Assembly (NCBI RefSeq): GCF_963921235.1
Contig: NC_086118.1
Coordinates: 15,502,001 to 15,566,000 of the forward strand
DNA length: 64,000 bases
Origin: Mobula hypostoma
Taxonomy: Eukaryota
Direction of reading: 5' to 3'
Shown: positions 52,810 to 64,000 of the stretch, piece after piece
Layout: the number at the start of each line of letters is the position of its first letter
Position numbering within the stretch: position 1 is the first letter of the stretch
Position numbers and translations under genes: made by a program
Notes under the pieces: model-generated
The model's input: the letters and a program-made list of their open reading frames with translations, nothing else
What the model was told of the DNA's origin: nothing
The model's database searches: none

Positions 52810-52991
52810 GGGGGCGGGGGCGGGGGTGGGGGGGGGAGTGAAAGGAATGCATTCATTCAGCAACCAGTGATTCCTAAAATAGAGAACAACTTGTGTATTT
52901 TATCCTAATTCACACTTCCACGCCTGGTTGGTTATTTATTCGGATGGGCACCGCAAAAATGTGTAGGAACTAAATATGGGAGAAACAGCTG
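52810..52991. promoter_or_regulatory. Candidate muscle enhancer downstream of MYH
   Basis: GC-box/G-tract 52810-52836, MCAT GGAATG 52844, MEF2-like CTAAAATAG 52874, CArG-like CTAAATATGG 52970 and E-box CAGCTG 52986, in sequence with no repeat I recognise. Confidence 0.45.
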
Positions 52992-53439
52992 CTCCAATAT
53001 CTTTCTGGCTTCAAATTCCTGTCACTTTCCATGACACAGGTTTGAATTGAGATTACGTGAATCTGTGAAGTTTCCCTTGCTTCAGCTCTGGCGTTAAGCC
53101 AGAGTCAGAGACCTAGCAAACACTTGTCTGGTAAACCATTAACGTTTCCGCAAACGAACTAAACTTTAGGCAGTTTTATTCATCGATAGGCTTAAATTCT
53201 AAGAAGCAAAATGAGTGTTCTCTTTAAAATTAAGATTCACACTTCCAAGTGTTCTATTGACAATCTTGCTTTCCTTTCTTGTAAAACAAGGACCTGAATA
53301 GGACTACAACTCTAATATCAATCTGCACCTGAAATTACATGCACGAGTGAAAATGACATGGTAACGATAAAGTGACCATAATTATTCATTTCCAATGTTC
53401 AGTGAAATATCCAAGGGGCACGTGCACACACAAAATACA

Positions 53440-56400
53440 AACAAGAAAACAGTAGGAGGCCATTCAGCCCATCATACTTATCCACTAGTCAAAACGATGA
53501 CTGAATGCCACAGGCCTCTTCTCCACTTCTGTTCCAAGACCACATATGCCCATTTCTGTGACCTTTCACAAAAGGCATCTATCTACTTTGTAAATATCCC
53601 CAAAGATGTAGTGTTCTCAACGCTCTGGGACAGAAAATTCCAAAGAACCACCATCCCTGCAGAAAGGAATTGCATTGCACCTCCGTTTTAAACGACTATC
53701 CCTTTGTCCTGTAATTGTGTCCTCGTTTGAAACTCTTCACTGGTGGATAAATTTCAAAATCTATTTTCAATGTCCCTTAAAGATCTTAACTGCTGCAGTA
53801 AGACTATCCTTTGCTTGTCTAAACTCCAAAGAAAACAAGCCAAACTTTTCCTTTTTTAGCGATTTTTGGAAGTATAACCTTGCCATTCAGGAATTGGCTT
53901 TGTAAATCATTTTGGGACCATCTCCAGTGTTGTTATGTCCTTACTTCAATAAGAGGATTAAATCTATACACACAGCATTGTAAGTTTGATTCACCAACAC
54001 TCTGTACAATTGTAATGATACTTCTCTAATTCCTAAATTAAAACTTTTGAAACAAGGGCCAAAGTGCTACTTTCCATAATTACTTGTTGCACCTACATGT
54101 CAAGTTTCCATGTTCCATGCACAGGGCATTTTGATCCTTCTGTATCTCACACTCTGCTTGTTATAGTCTTGAGGAGCACCAATGAATTTGCAAAACATGA
54201 TTTCATAAAACCATGCTTGAAGGCATTAAGCTTTACAAAATGACAAACATTTTCCTCTGTGATTATAGACATTTAGATTATAGCATCTTCCCAATTTGAG
54301 ACATCAAGTGCATAGACCCATCTTTTGTCTTCATCCTTTCACATTTTCCACTGGTACTCTCCCAAAACTCAGGGAGATTTAAGATACCTGATGTTTCTTC
54401 TGTCACTTCAGCAACTTCCTTTAAAATCAATGTAAGTGGGCCATTAGGTTGGTTTCTCTTTCCTTTTTGAAACTTAGCCAATGTGGTTTTCTTGGAATAT
54501 TTTAAGTATCTACCGTGAAGTGATGTGTAAAATAATGGCTTAAATTATATGCCATTTTCTTGTTACTGACCATTTGATCCCCGTTCTCACCCTCTGGAAT
54601 CCCCAAACTACCTTAGCTACCCTTTTCCATGTTCAGTGAAGCCCTTGGCGTTGGATTCGTGATTACTTGTTAGTTTACTCTCATAATGAAATTTCACCTT
54701 CCTTATTAGATTTTTCTAGTCTAACACTACTTGTTACTGAATAATTCTGAATCCTTTGGTTTTCCAAATTAAATTTGCTGCTTTGATTCTTTTTTCACAA
54801 AAATATTATTTTTGTTTTCCTACATTATTAACCAGGTGTTTTTTTTCTCATTGATTCCCTACATCTGAAAATTTCTGCTGAGCATTGTGAAACAGATGCA
54901 TAAATATCTACCATTGTACATCCACTGACCTGCCCATTGACCTGTTCTCACAGTCCACTTTGAACTACTCTGCTTGCACTCCTTTCAAGCTGACCATATT
55001 TTGTAGAGCACCAAGCTTTTGGAAGCAAAATGCTTCTCCTTAAACTGCATTTAGAATGCTACCTTGTTGTGGACACCCCTCGCCATAGGACCCTTAGCTA
55101 CATAATTACGAGAATAAGAGCATAAGACATAGGAGACCATTTCAGTTATTTAATCCAACAGGACTGCTTGGGCACAACACCACCAATTCCATCATCCAGA
55201 TCATTAACATAAAACATGAAAAGTAGAGGACCAACAGACAACCCATGTGGAACACCACTGGTTACTGGCACTGTACCAGAAAAAATACCCTTTATTCCAA
55301 GCCTTAGCCTTCTGCCAGTCAGCCAATCTACTGTCCATGCTAGTTTCAGTCCTGTAATACCATGTCTCTTATCTTGTTTAGCACCTCATGAGCAGTACCT
55401 TGTCAAAGGCCTTCTGAAAATTCAAGTAAACAAAATTTGCCGACTCTCCTTGTCTATCCTGCCTATTATTTCTTCAATTAATTTCAACATGGTTGTCAGA
55501 CATGGTTTCCCCTTCAGGAAACCATGCTGACTTTGACCTATTTTACTGTTTGTCTCCAGATACCACAGATCCTCATTACTAATGATGGAGTCCAACATCT
55601 TGTCAATTCATTTAAGTCTGGCTGAATGGCCGATAATTTCCTGTATTTCACTCCTTTCCTTGATTCTTGAAAGATACTAATGCCTCCATAATCTCTTTAG
55701 CTATCTCTTTTGGAAGCCTGAGGCATAGTCCATCTGGTCCAGGTTGACTTATGTTCCTTCAGACCTTCCAGCTTCTCAACCACCTTCTCATTAGTAATGG
55801 TGACTGCACTCACCTGCCCCGCAAAAATCTCAAATTTCCATCATGCTGCTGATGCTTCCCCCTAGTGAAGACTGACACAAAATACTTATTCAGTTCATCT
55901 GCTATTTCTTTGTTCCAATTACTACCTCTCCAGTAGTGATTTCAGCCATCCAATGCTCACTCTTATTTCACTTGTATTCCTTATATATCTGAAAAATCTT
56001 TTGGTATCCTATTTTATATTATTAGCTAAATTACTTTCATACTTCATCTTTTCTCTCATTGTTTTTTTAGTTGCCTTTGATTTGTTTTTGAAAGCTTCCC
56101 AATCCTCCAGCTTCCCATTAATATTGGCTATATTATAGACCCTCTATCTTGCTTTTACAGTAATATATACAAAATACTGGAGGAACTATGCAGTGCAGAC
56201 AGCAACCATTGAAATGAATAAACAGTCAACATTTTGGACTGAGGCCCTTCATCAGTATTGGAAAGGAAGGTGGAAGACTTTTTCTAAACATGACCACGTG
56301 AAAAAAACATTTACAGGTTCTGTAACATATTATTCTTATAAGACATTTCTAATAGATTCCACGAATTCCTTTTTCAGATTCTCTTCCCAGTTTGATCTGT

Positions 56401-56930
56401 CAAATCAAAATGCAGATTTAATCCACTCATGATAATTGCAGTTCCCTTCTTTAGTGCTTTTGATATTTCCTATTTATGCTTTGTCCTACCATGAGTCAAT
56501 ACTTTCGAGGCCTTCAGTTCACTTCTACTCATTTCTTCTTTTCCTTGCTAATCTGCATCAATATCACTGCTAGTCACTGTACTAATGCCTTCCTAGATCC
56601 ATGTTACCTAGTTTCCGTCTCCTTTTTGCCTATTCTTTTGTGTAGTGTTAGTTATTAGCTATTCCTAAGCTGCTCAGTTAGCCACTCCCACATGGAAGGA
56701 GTTACTATACTGTACAAGTGCAGTTAGCAACACAACATGGTGTTAGAAATGGTTGATCATTGATGAATTGGCGCTATAGACTAAGTGAGAATCCTAACAA
56801 GAAAGAATACAATAAGACTATTCTTGTTCGCACATATCTCTGAAAAATATCCAGAGACTTACTGACCTAAACTGCTTATGCTTGTTGCCAATTGAATGAT
56901 CATGAGGCATGAGCTGTAAAAGGACCAGGG
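53440..56930 (-). mobile_element. Old CR1 fragments with a younger nested CR1 (about 55110-56160)
   Basis: Decayed CR1 RT motifs on the minus strand; tail aataagagcataagacataggag near 55112. Confidence 0.6.
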
Positions 56931-56989
56931 TCGCCAGGCAACGTCTTCAAACTACACCGAAAAGTGGATATATTGTAATAATCTGTGGG

Positions 56990-57620
56990 CCACTAGGGAG
57001 GAGAGAGAAGCAGCACGCCGCGCGTGTGCAGCCCTCCGGTGAAAAATGATATCGTATTTGTTAAATGGGGCCGTGGACAATTCTCATTTGATGGAGACGG
57101 ACTGTGAAAGCACAGAGGAACATCTGGAAAAATTTCTGAAACGCTCGTTCGCTGCTGTCGTTACTGTGCGGTCGGTAATCTTTCGGAGGGAAGGCCTCAA
57201 AATCCCCGGCTTTGCCTGCTGTGGGCGACCGAGATGGAGGTCGAATCATTCGGACAGAGATGGCGCTCAGTACTCGGTGTCGGAGAGCTGATCAGAGCTC
57301 GAAGTTTTCAGATGACTCAGAGTCGGACCGTAGTTGGGTATGGCAGGGAGAGTTTTTCTTCCTTCTCCCGTCTGCATGAGATGTGGGACATTTGAGAGAC
57401 TTTGAAATTTACTGTGCTCATGGACTTAACATCATCAAGTTATGGTATTGTTGCACTGTTGTAACTATACGTTATAATTAGGTGGTTTAGTTAGATTTTA
57501 TCAGTCTTGGTCTGTCCTGTGTTTTGTGATATCACACCAGAGGAAATATTGTATCATTTCTTAATGCATGCATTACTAAATGACAATAAAAGAGGACTGC
57601 GTGTGGTCATAATCATAATA
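56990..57620 (+). repeat. Unclassified CpG-rich non-coding interspersed element with LINE-like 3' end
   Basis: CpG-rich 5' part, AATAAA near 57585, (ATAATC)n tail, no credible ORF. Confidence 0.45.
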
Positions 57621-58242
57621 GCCTGGGAAGTGCACAGAGACACAGATGCAGCAGAAAATTCGCTCAAAACCTCAGAGAGACAAAAAGTCTGTTGTCGTCC
57701 AAAGAAATAAAATACTAAAAGAAAACAGGAAAATGGAGCAAATACCTGTAGAACCTAAATATACTTACCTAATAAAGTCCCCCCCCCCCGCCCACCGAGA
57801 CATTTGATTTCTCTAAACCAGGGAAGTTGAGAGATGGCTGTGATGGTTTGAGAGAGTTAAGGCTGCAAGCAATCTCATTCAGACCTCAGAAGAGCATTAA
57901 GTAAGCACACTGATATATAGCATGGAGGGCAAAGCAGAGGACACCATGGGTGGATTAGGACTGATAGGTACTCAAGAAAAGGAATGAAAAACAGTGCAGG
58001 AAAAATTCAAAGAATAATTCACAGGAAAACGAAATGTGATATATGAGCGGAAATGGGGTGTAGTTAGAAACACTACAGAAAGAGGAGAGAGTAGTTCTCA
58101 GCTCAAACAAAACAGACAAGTGAAAAAAGAACAGGTAAAATGTTCAAATACAGGAGATGCAGCAAGTCTCCATTCCAAGTCAAAGAGCTCTGTCCAGCAA
58201 AATAATTGAAATGCTACCAATGCAATAGAGTTAGCCATGATA

Positions 58243-61200
58243 ATACCATAAGACTATAAGACAAAGGAGCAGAAGTCGGCCATTCGGCCCATCGAGTCCA
58301 CTCCGCCATTTTATCATGAGCTGATCCATTCTCCCATTAACTCCCACTCCCCCGCCTTCTCACCATAACCTTTGATGCCCTGGCTACTCAGATACCCATC
58401 AATCTCTGCCTGAAATACACCCAATGACTTGGCCTCCACTGCTGCCCATGGCGACAAATTCCATAGATTCACCACCCTCTGACTAAAAAAATTTCTTCGC
58501 ATCTCTGTTCTAAATGGGTGCCCTTCAATCGTTAAGTCATGCCCCCTCGTACTAGACTCCCCTACCATGGGAAACAACTTTGCCACATCCACTCTGTCCA
58601 TGCCTTTCAACATTCAAAATATTTCTATGAGGTCTCCCCTCATTCTTCTAAACTCCAAGGAATACAGACCAAGAGCGGACAAACGTTCCTCATATGTTAA
58701 TCCTCTTTCACGGAATCATTCTAGTAAATCTTCTCTGTACCCTCTCTAACGTCAGCACATTCTTTCTTAAATAAGGAGACCAAAACTGCCCACAGTACTC
58801 CAAGTGAGGTCTCACCAGCGCCTTATAGAGCCTCAACATCACATCTCTCTTCCTATACTCTATTCCTCTAGAAATGAATGCCAACATTGCATTCGCCTTC
58901 TTCACTACCGACTCAACCTGGAAGTTAACCTTAAGGGTATCCTGTATGAGGATTCCCAAGTCCCGTTGCATCTCAGAACTTTGAATTCTTTCCCCATTTA
59001 AATAATAGTCTGCCCGTTTATTTCTTCTGCAAAGTGCATAACCATACACTTTCCAACATTGTATTTCATTTGCCACTTCTCTGCCCATTCTTCCAATCTA
59101 TCCAAGTCTCTCTACAGACTCTCCGTTTCCTCAGCACTACCGGCCCCTCCACCTATCTTCGTATCATCAGCAAATTTAGCCACAAAGCAATCTATTCCAT
59201 TATCCAGTGAGGGGGGTGGGTGAACCAGTGTGAGAGGGGATGGGTGAACAAGTATGGTGGGGGATGATGGGTGAACCAGTGTGAGGGGGAACGATGGGTG
59301 AACCGCTGTAAATAGCGGAGTGACATTTGCAATCTTCCAGTCCTCCGGAACCATGCCAGAATCTATTGACTTTTGAAAGATCATCGCTAATGTCTCCGCA
59401 ATCTCCACAGCTACTTCCTTCAGAACATGAGGATGTGTTCCATCTGCTCTGGGAGATTTATCTACCTTTAGACTATTTAGCTTCCTGAGTACTTTCTCTG
59501 TTGTAATTGTAACTGCGCACACTTCTCTTCCCTGCCACCCTTGAGTGTCCGGTATACTGCTGATGTCTTCCTCAGTGAAGACTGACGCAAAATACTCGTT
59601 CAGTTCCTCTGCCATCTCCTTATCTCCCATTACAATTTCTCCAGCATCATTTTCTATCAGTCCTATATCTACTCTCACCTGTCCTTTACTCTTTTTATAC
59701 TTGAAAAAGCTTTTAGTATCCTCTTTGATATTATTTGCTAGCTTCCTTTCATAGTTAATCTTTTCCCTCTTAATGACCTTCTTAGTTTCCTTTTGTAAGC
59801 TTTTAAAAACTTCCCAATTTGCTTCCTTGTATGCCCTCTCCTTTGCTTTAACTTTGGCTTTGATTTCTCTTGTAAACCACGGTTGCATCCTTTTTCCATT
59901 CAAAAATTTCTTCTGTTTTGGAATATACCTGTCTTGCACCTTCCTCACTTCTCGCATAAACTCCAGCCACTGCTGCTCTGCCGTCTTTCCCGCCAGTGAC
60001 CCTTTCCAGTCAACTTTGGCCAGTTCCTCTCTCATGCCACCGTAATTTCCTTTACTCCACTGAAATACCGATACATCAGATTTCGGCTTCACTTTTTCAA
60101 ATTTCACAGTGAAGTCAATCATGTTATGATCACTGTCTCCTAAAGGTTCCTTCACCTCAATCTCTCTAATCACCTCCGGTTCATTACACAATACCCAATC
60201 CAGTACAGCCGATCCCCTAGTGGGCTCAACAACAAGCTGTTCTAAAAAGCCATCTCGCAGTCATTCTACAAATTCTCTCCCTTGAGACCCAGTGCCGACC
60301 TGATTTTCCCAATCCACCCACATGTTAAAATCCCCCACAATTTTCATAACACTGCCCTTCTGACAAGCCTTTTCTATTTCCTGTTGTAATTTGTAGTCCA
60401 CATCACTGCAGCTGTTTGGAGGCCTATAAATAACTGCCATCAGGGTCCTTTTACCCGAGATTTCTCGGCTCAACCCATAAAGATTCTGCACCTTCCGAGC
60501 CTATATCACCTCTTTCTAATGATTTAGTATCATTTCTTACCAATAAAGTCACGCCTCCCCCTCCGCCTACCTTCCTATCCTTCCAATACACCGTGTATCC
60601 TTGGACGTTCAGCTCCCAGAGACATGCATCCTTTAGCCACGTCTCAGTGATGGCCACAATATCATACCTGCCAATCTGTAGCTGTACAACCAGATCATCC
60701 ACCTTATTCCTTATGCTGCATGCATTTAAGAAAAAACACCTTAAGACCAGTATTTGGTACTTTTCGCTTTGATTTCACTGCAACTTTATTGCACTGCAAC
60801 TCATCCCAATGGCTACAAATTTGCCCCATCACTTGCCAGTCTTCCCTGACATCTTTACTGCTCACTATCTTAGATTTATTTCCGTTTTCCCCTTCCTCCG
60901 CTCTGTAATTCCGGTTCCCATCCCCCTGCCAAATTAGTTTAAACCCTCCCTAACAGCTCTATTAAACTTTCACGCCAGGATATTGGTCCCCTTCGGGTTC
61001 AGGTGTAACCTGTCCTTTTTGAACAGGTCCACACTTCCTCCAGACGAGATCCCAATTATCCAAGAATCTGAAGCCCTGCCCACGGCACTAGTCTCTCAGC
61101 CACGCATTCATCTGCCTGATCCTACTATTCTTGCCCTCGCTAGCACGTGGCACAGGTAGCAATCCCGAGATTACCACCCTGGAGGTCCTGCTTCTCAGCT

Positions 61201-61400
61201 TCCTTCCTAACTCCTGGAAATCTCTCTTCAGGACCTCCTCCTTTGTCCTATCTATGTCATTGGTACCAACATGTACCAAGACAACTGGCTGCTCACCTTC
61301 CCCCTTCAGAATATTCTGGACCCGATCCGAGACATCCCGTACGCTGGCACCTGGGAGGCAACACACCATGCGGGTATTTCTATCAGGCTCACAGGATCTC
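58243..61400 (-). mobile_element. Long CR1 LINE: ORF1 esterase, ORF2 endonuclease and RT with internal deletion
   Basis: VCCLPGASV...VHVGTNDI (SGNH esterase); IVAITETWL; GDFN; GDSDHNMI; KFADD; CCATAAGA-type tail. Confidence 0.92.
59204..59309. repeat. G-rich minisatellite, 4 copies of core TGGGTGAAC
   Basis: Cores at 59217, 59241, 59268 and 59295 (spacing 24, 27, 27). Confidence 0.8.
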
Positions 61401-61409
61401 CTGTCCGCC

Positions 61410-63500
61410 AGTGTTACTCAAAAACAGTTCTTCAGGAGGTCAAAGACCACCATGATTCAGATGAGGAATGACCTTCCCTTGGGATTGTAGATTCAAATAG
61501 GCAAGGCTGGTTCAGTTGCAAAATGAGGCAGTGACATTCCAAATGGACACTGGGTTAGATGGCACAGCCATCCCTGAATGTCTGTTCACAAAACTGGTTA
61601 ACATAACAGGTATTATCCTAAACCTAACAAAGAGAGTACTCATGGGGCCATGGAAACATGAGTTGAGTGTGAAAGGAATGTTTACTCCATCCATCTTTAG
61701 CAATGAGAAACAGTTGTTCAGAATCTCTTCTCACCACTACTGGGACAACATGCCATTAAGAAGTTGAACGTCATTGCAAGGTTAGACTTGCTAAATAACG
61801 TCCAGTAACATGAGAAGTACGTGAAGTTTTTCCACAGTTGACTCTACTCTCATGGAAGATATCAAGTTCTACTTAGCTTAGATACGTGAAAGCTTTCCTG
61901 CATCACAGAGTAAACTGGATGGAATTCATGCTGAGTTGAAAAAGGACCATATCTGCAGCAAAGTCATGCAATACTGTGAGCAGAGATGGGTAGCAGTTCT
62001 AAAAGGAGCTCACAAAATCAGACCTTATTGGCTTGAAAGAGACACACTCATCATTCTTGATAGTTTGTTGTTTAGGGACTCTAGATTCATCATTCTTGCT
62101 TCTATGCATACCAAAATCATCAGTCAAATCTACTAAGGACATCAAGGCATCAAACATGTTGCCTCAGAGGAAGGCAATCTGTGTGATGGCCTGCTCTGAG
62201 CACAGAGATGAGAGATTTTGTAAAGCAATGCGAAGCTTGCAGGAAACAGTACAAAAATCATGCTGAACCCCTCTGTCCCTCAGAATTCCCAGACTTTCCA
62301 TGGCAAATTTCAGGCAAAGATATTTTCAAGCTGAAAAGAGAGAAATATATTCTCTCTGTAGATTACTACTCACAGAATATTGAGGGATCCGAGCTGTCCT
62401 CTACATTCTCAGCAGCAGTTATGCAGCACCTGAAAGCTGAATTTGCTTGCAACGGATTACCAGAGTGTGTTTTCAACGTTCCACAATTCAGCTGCACAGA
62501 ATTCAAAGTCTTTGCTAGGGACTATGAATTCAAACACCAGACAAGCAGTTCATGGGTATTATGGCAAATGGTGAAGTGGAAAGAGCAGTGCAAACTGTTA
62601 ACGGTCCCTTATTGAAGACAAAAGACCCATATAAAGTATGGGTAGCTTATCGGCTCACACCTCTTGCAAATGGCTACAGTCCATCAGAGCTGTCAATGGC
62701 CTGGAGACTGAGAACAAGCCTGCCTATTCCTCCTTCCCCTCTCCAACCTCACTTACCAGCCTTAGACAAAGTGAGATATTTTGAGACAACATAGCATGAG
62801 ACTATGAAAAGCATTCATGATCTCAGACACAGAGGAAAATCTTTGTCACCACTCAGGAGTGGTAAAGCTGTCCGGGTTCAGACCAATTCACCAAAGTAAC
62901 AGTAGTCTGACAGCATGCACCACGATTGTTTGTGATGAGAACATCACAAGGTGAAATCAGGTGGAACAGGTATGCACTCAGGCGCCTTCGAAGTCCACAG
63001 AAGGCAGAGGCAAAAGAGTAGCCTGATCCTGATGACAAGGACCATTTACTTGAGGTGGACACACCTGTTCAAGAATATCCATCTGCTCCAACACATCCAG
63101 GAACCTATACCAGCAGGCCTATACCAGCAGGGGTCATTTATCTGTCCCATCACAGAGATATTCTCCATAGCCTAATAGCTTAGGGCAAGTGACTAAAGAG
63201 GCAGAATAATCCCCTCAATTTGCTAGAGTGTTCAGGTAGTCTACTTTGACATCCATCAGATTTAGTGTTTTTTTAAAAAGTGTTCTAATGTTGAAAACAT
63301 TTCACAAAATGGGACTGTTCTGAATATAATGTTGCAAATTCTTTTTATATTTATGTAGGGACCATAAGTTATGTGCTCTGAGTAAAGTGAACTGAATTGC
63401 TCAATTTCAGTGAGTATTTTTAATGCAGTTCTATGCACAAGAAGTACTTAACTAGATTTCCCTTTTTTTCAAGAAGTGGAGATGTGGTAGTTAATTTGAG
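61410..63500 (+). mobile_element. Degenerate Gypsy LTR retrotransposon (protease and integrase remnants)
   Basis: FQMDTG protease motif; CEAC zinc finger; PWQ...VDYYS; NGEVERAVQT integrase; purine tract AAGAAGTGGAGA then TGT at about 63483. Confidence 0.8.
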
Positions 63501-63514
63501 GAGATGTATCAGTA

Positions 63515-63820
63515 TTACAGTGGAGTAAAGGGAATTACACAGGCATGACAGAGGTGTTGGCCAAATAGATTGGAAAAGTACGCTGGCAGGAATGACAGAA
63601 GAGCAGCAATGGCTGAAATTTCTGGAAGCAATTCAGAAGGCAAAGGATATACTGTATACATCCCAAAGAGAAGAAAGTATTCTAAAGGTAAGATGACACA
63701 ACCATAGCTAACAAGAGAAGTCAACGCCTACATAAAAGCCAAGAGAGGACATATAATAGAGCAAAATTTATTGGGACGTTTGAGGATTGGGAAGCTTTTA
63801 AAAACCAATAGAAAAGTCAT
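63515..63820 (+). mobile_element. CR1 ORF2 fragment
   Basis: SGVKGIT...EQQWLKF homologous to the linker in 59112-60191. Confidence 0.7.
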
Positions 63821-63824
63821 AAAG

Positions 63825-64000
63825 TGCCAGCACCTTTACTTCCTGAGAAAACTAAAGAAATTTGGTCTGTCCCCTAAAACCCTCACTAATTTTTATAGAT
63901 GCACCGTAGAAAGCATTCTTCTAGGGTGCATCACAACCTGGTATGGAAGTTGTCCTGTCCAAGACCAGAAGAAGCTGCAGAAGATCGTGAACACAGCCCA
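63825..64000 (+). mobile_element. Rex1-like LINE fragment, runs off the window
   Basis: QHLYFLRKLKKFGL...NFYRCTVESILLGCITTWYG. Confidence 0.7.

Noticed and set aside
46800..64000. A second MYH paralogue or other host gene downstream
   Set aside because: No myosin-like or other recognisable host exons found; the ORFs are short or transposon-derived.

Overview
Eukaryotic vertebrate DNA. The mix of CR1, Penelope-like, Rex1 and L1 repeats suggests a cartilaginous fish such as a ray, but that is inference. The window holds one complete, apparently intact gene on the + strand: a sarcomeric class II myosin heavy chain of fast-skeletal type. I resolve 41 exons, 2 non-coding and 39 coding, all with GT-AG introns. 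The CDS runs from 20943 to 46673 and sums to 5805 nt (1934 aa plus stop), with a TATA/E-box/CArG-like promoter near 19.7 kb and AATAAA at 46767. The rest is mostly nested transposons: CR1, Penelope-like, L1, Rex1/Babar-like, RTE-like and R4/Dong-like LINEs, Gypsy and solo LTRs, and TA-flanked Tigger/pogo-like DNA elements. Best observations: (1) an intact minimal hammerhead ribozyme in a Penelope element inside intron 4, antisense to the gene; (2) two 5'-inverted L1 insertions with twin-priming geometry upstream of the promoter; (3) a candidate muscle enhancer at 52.8-53.0 kb sharing a 13-bp motif with the promoter; (4) a Tigger4/Zombi-like element; (5) an unusual CIVP actin-binding motif in the myosin head. 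Family names come from my recall of motifs, not from database searches.
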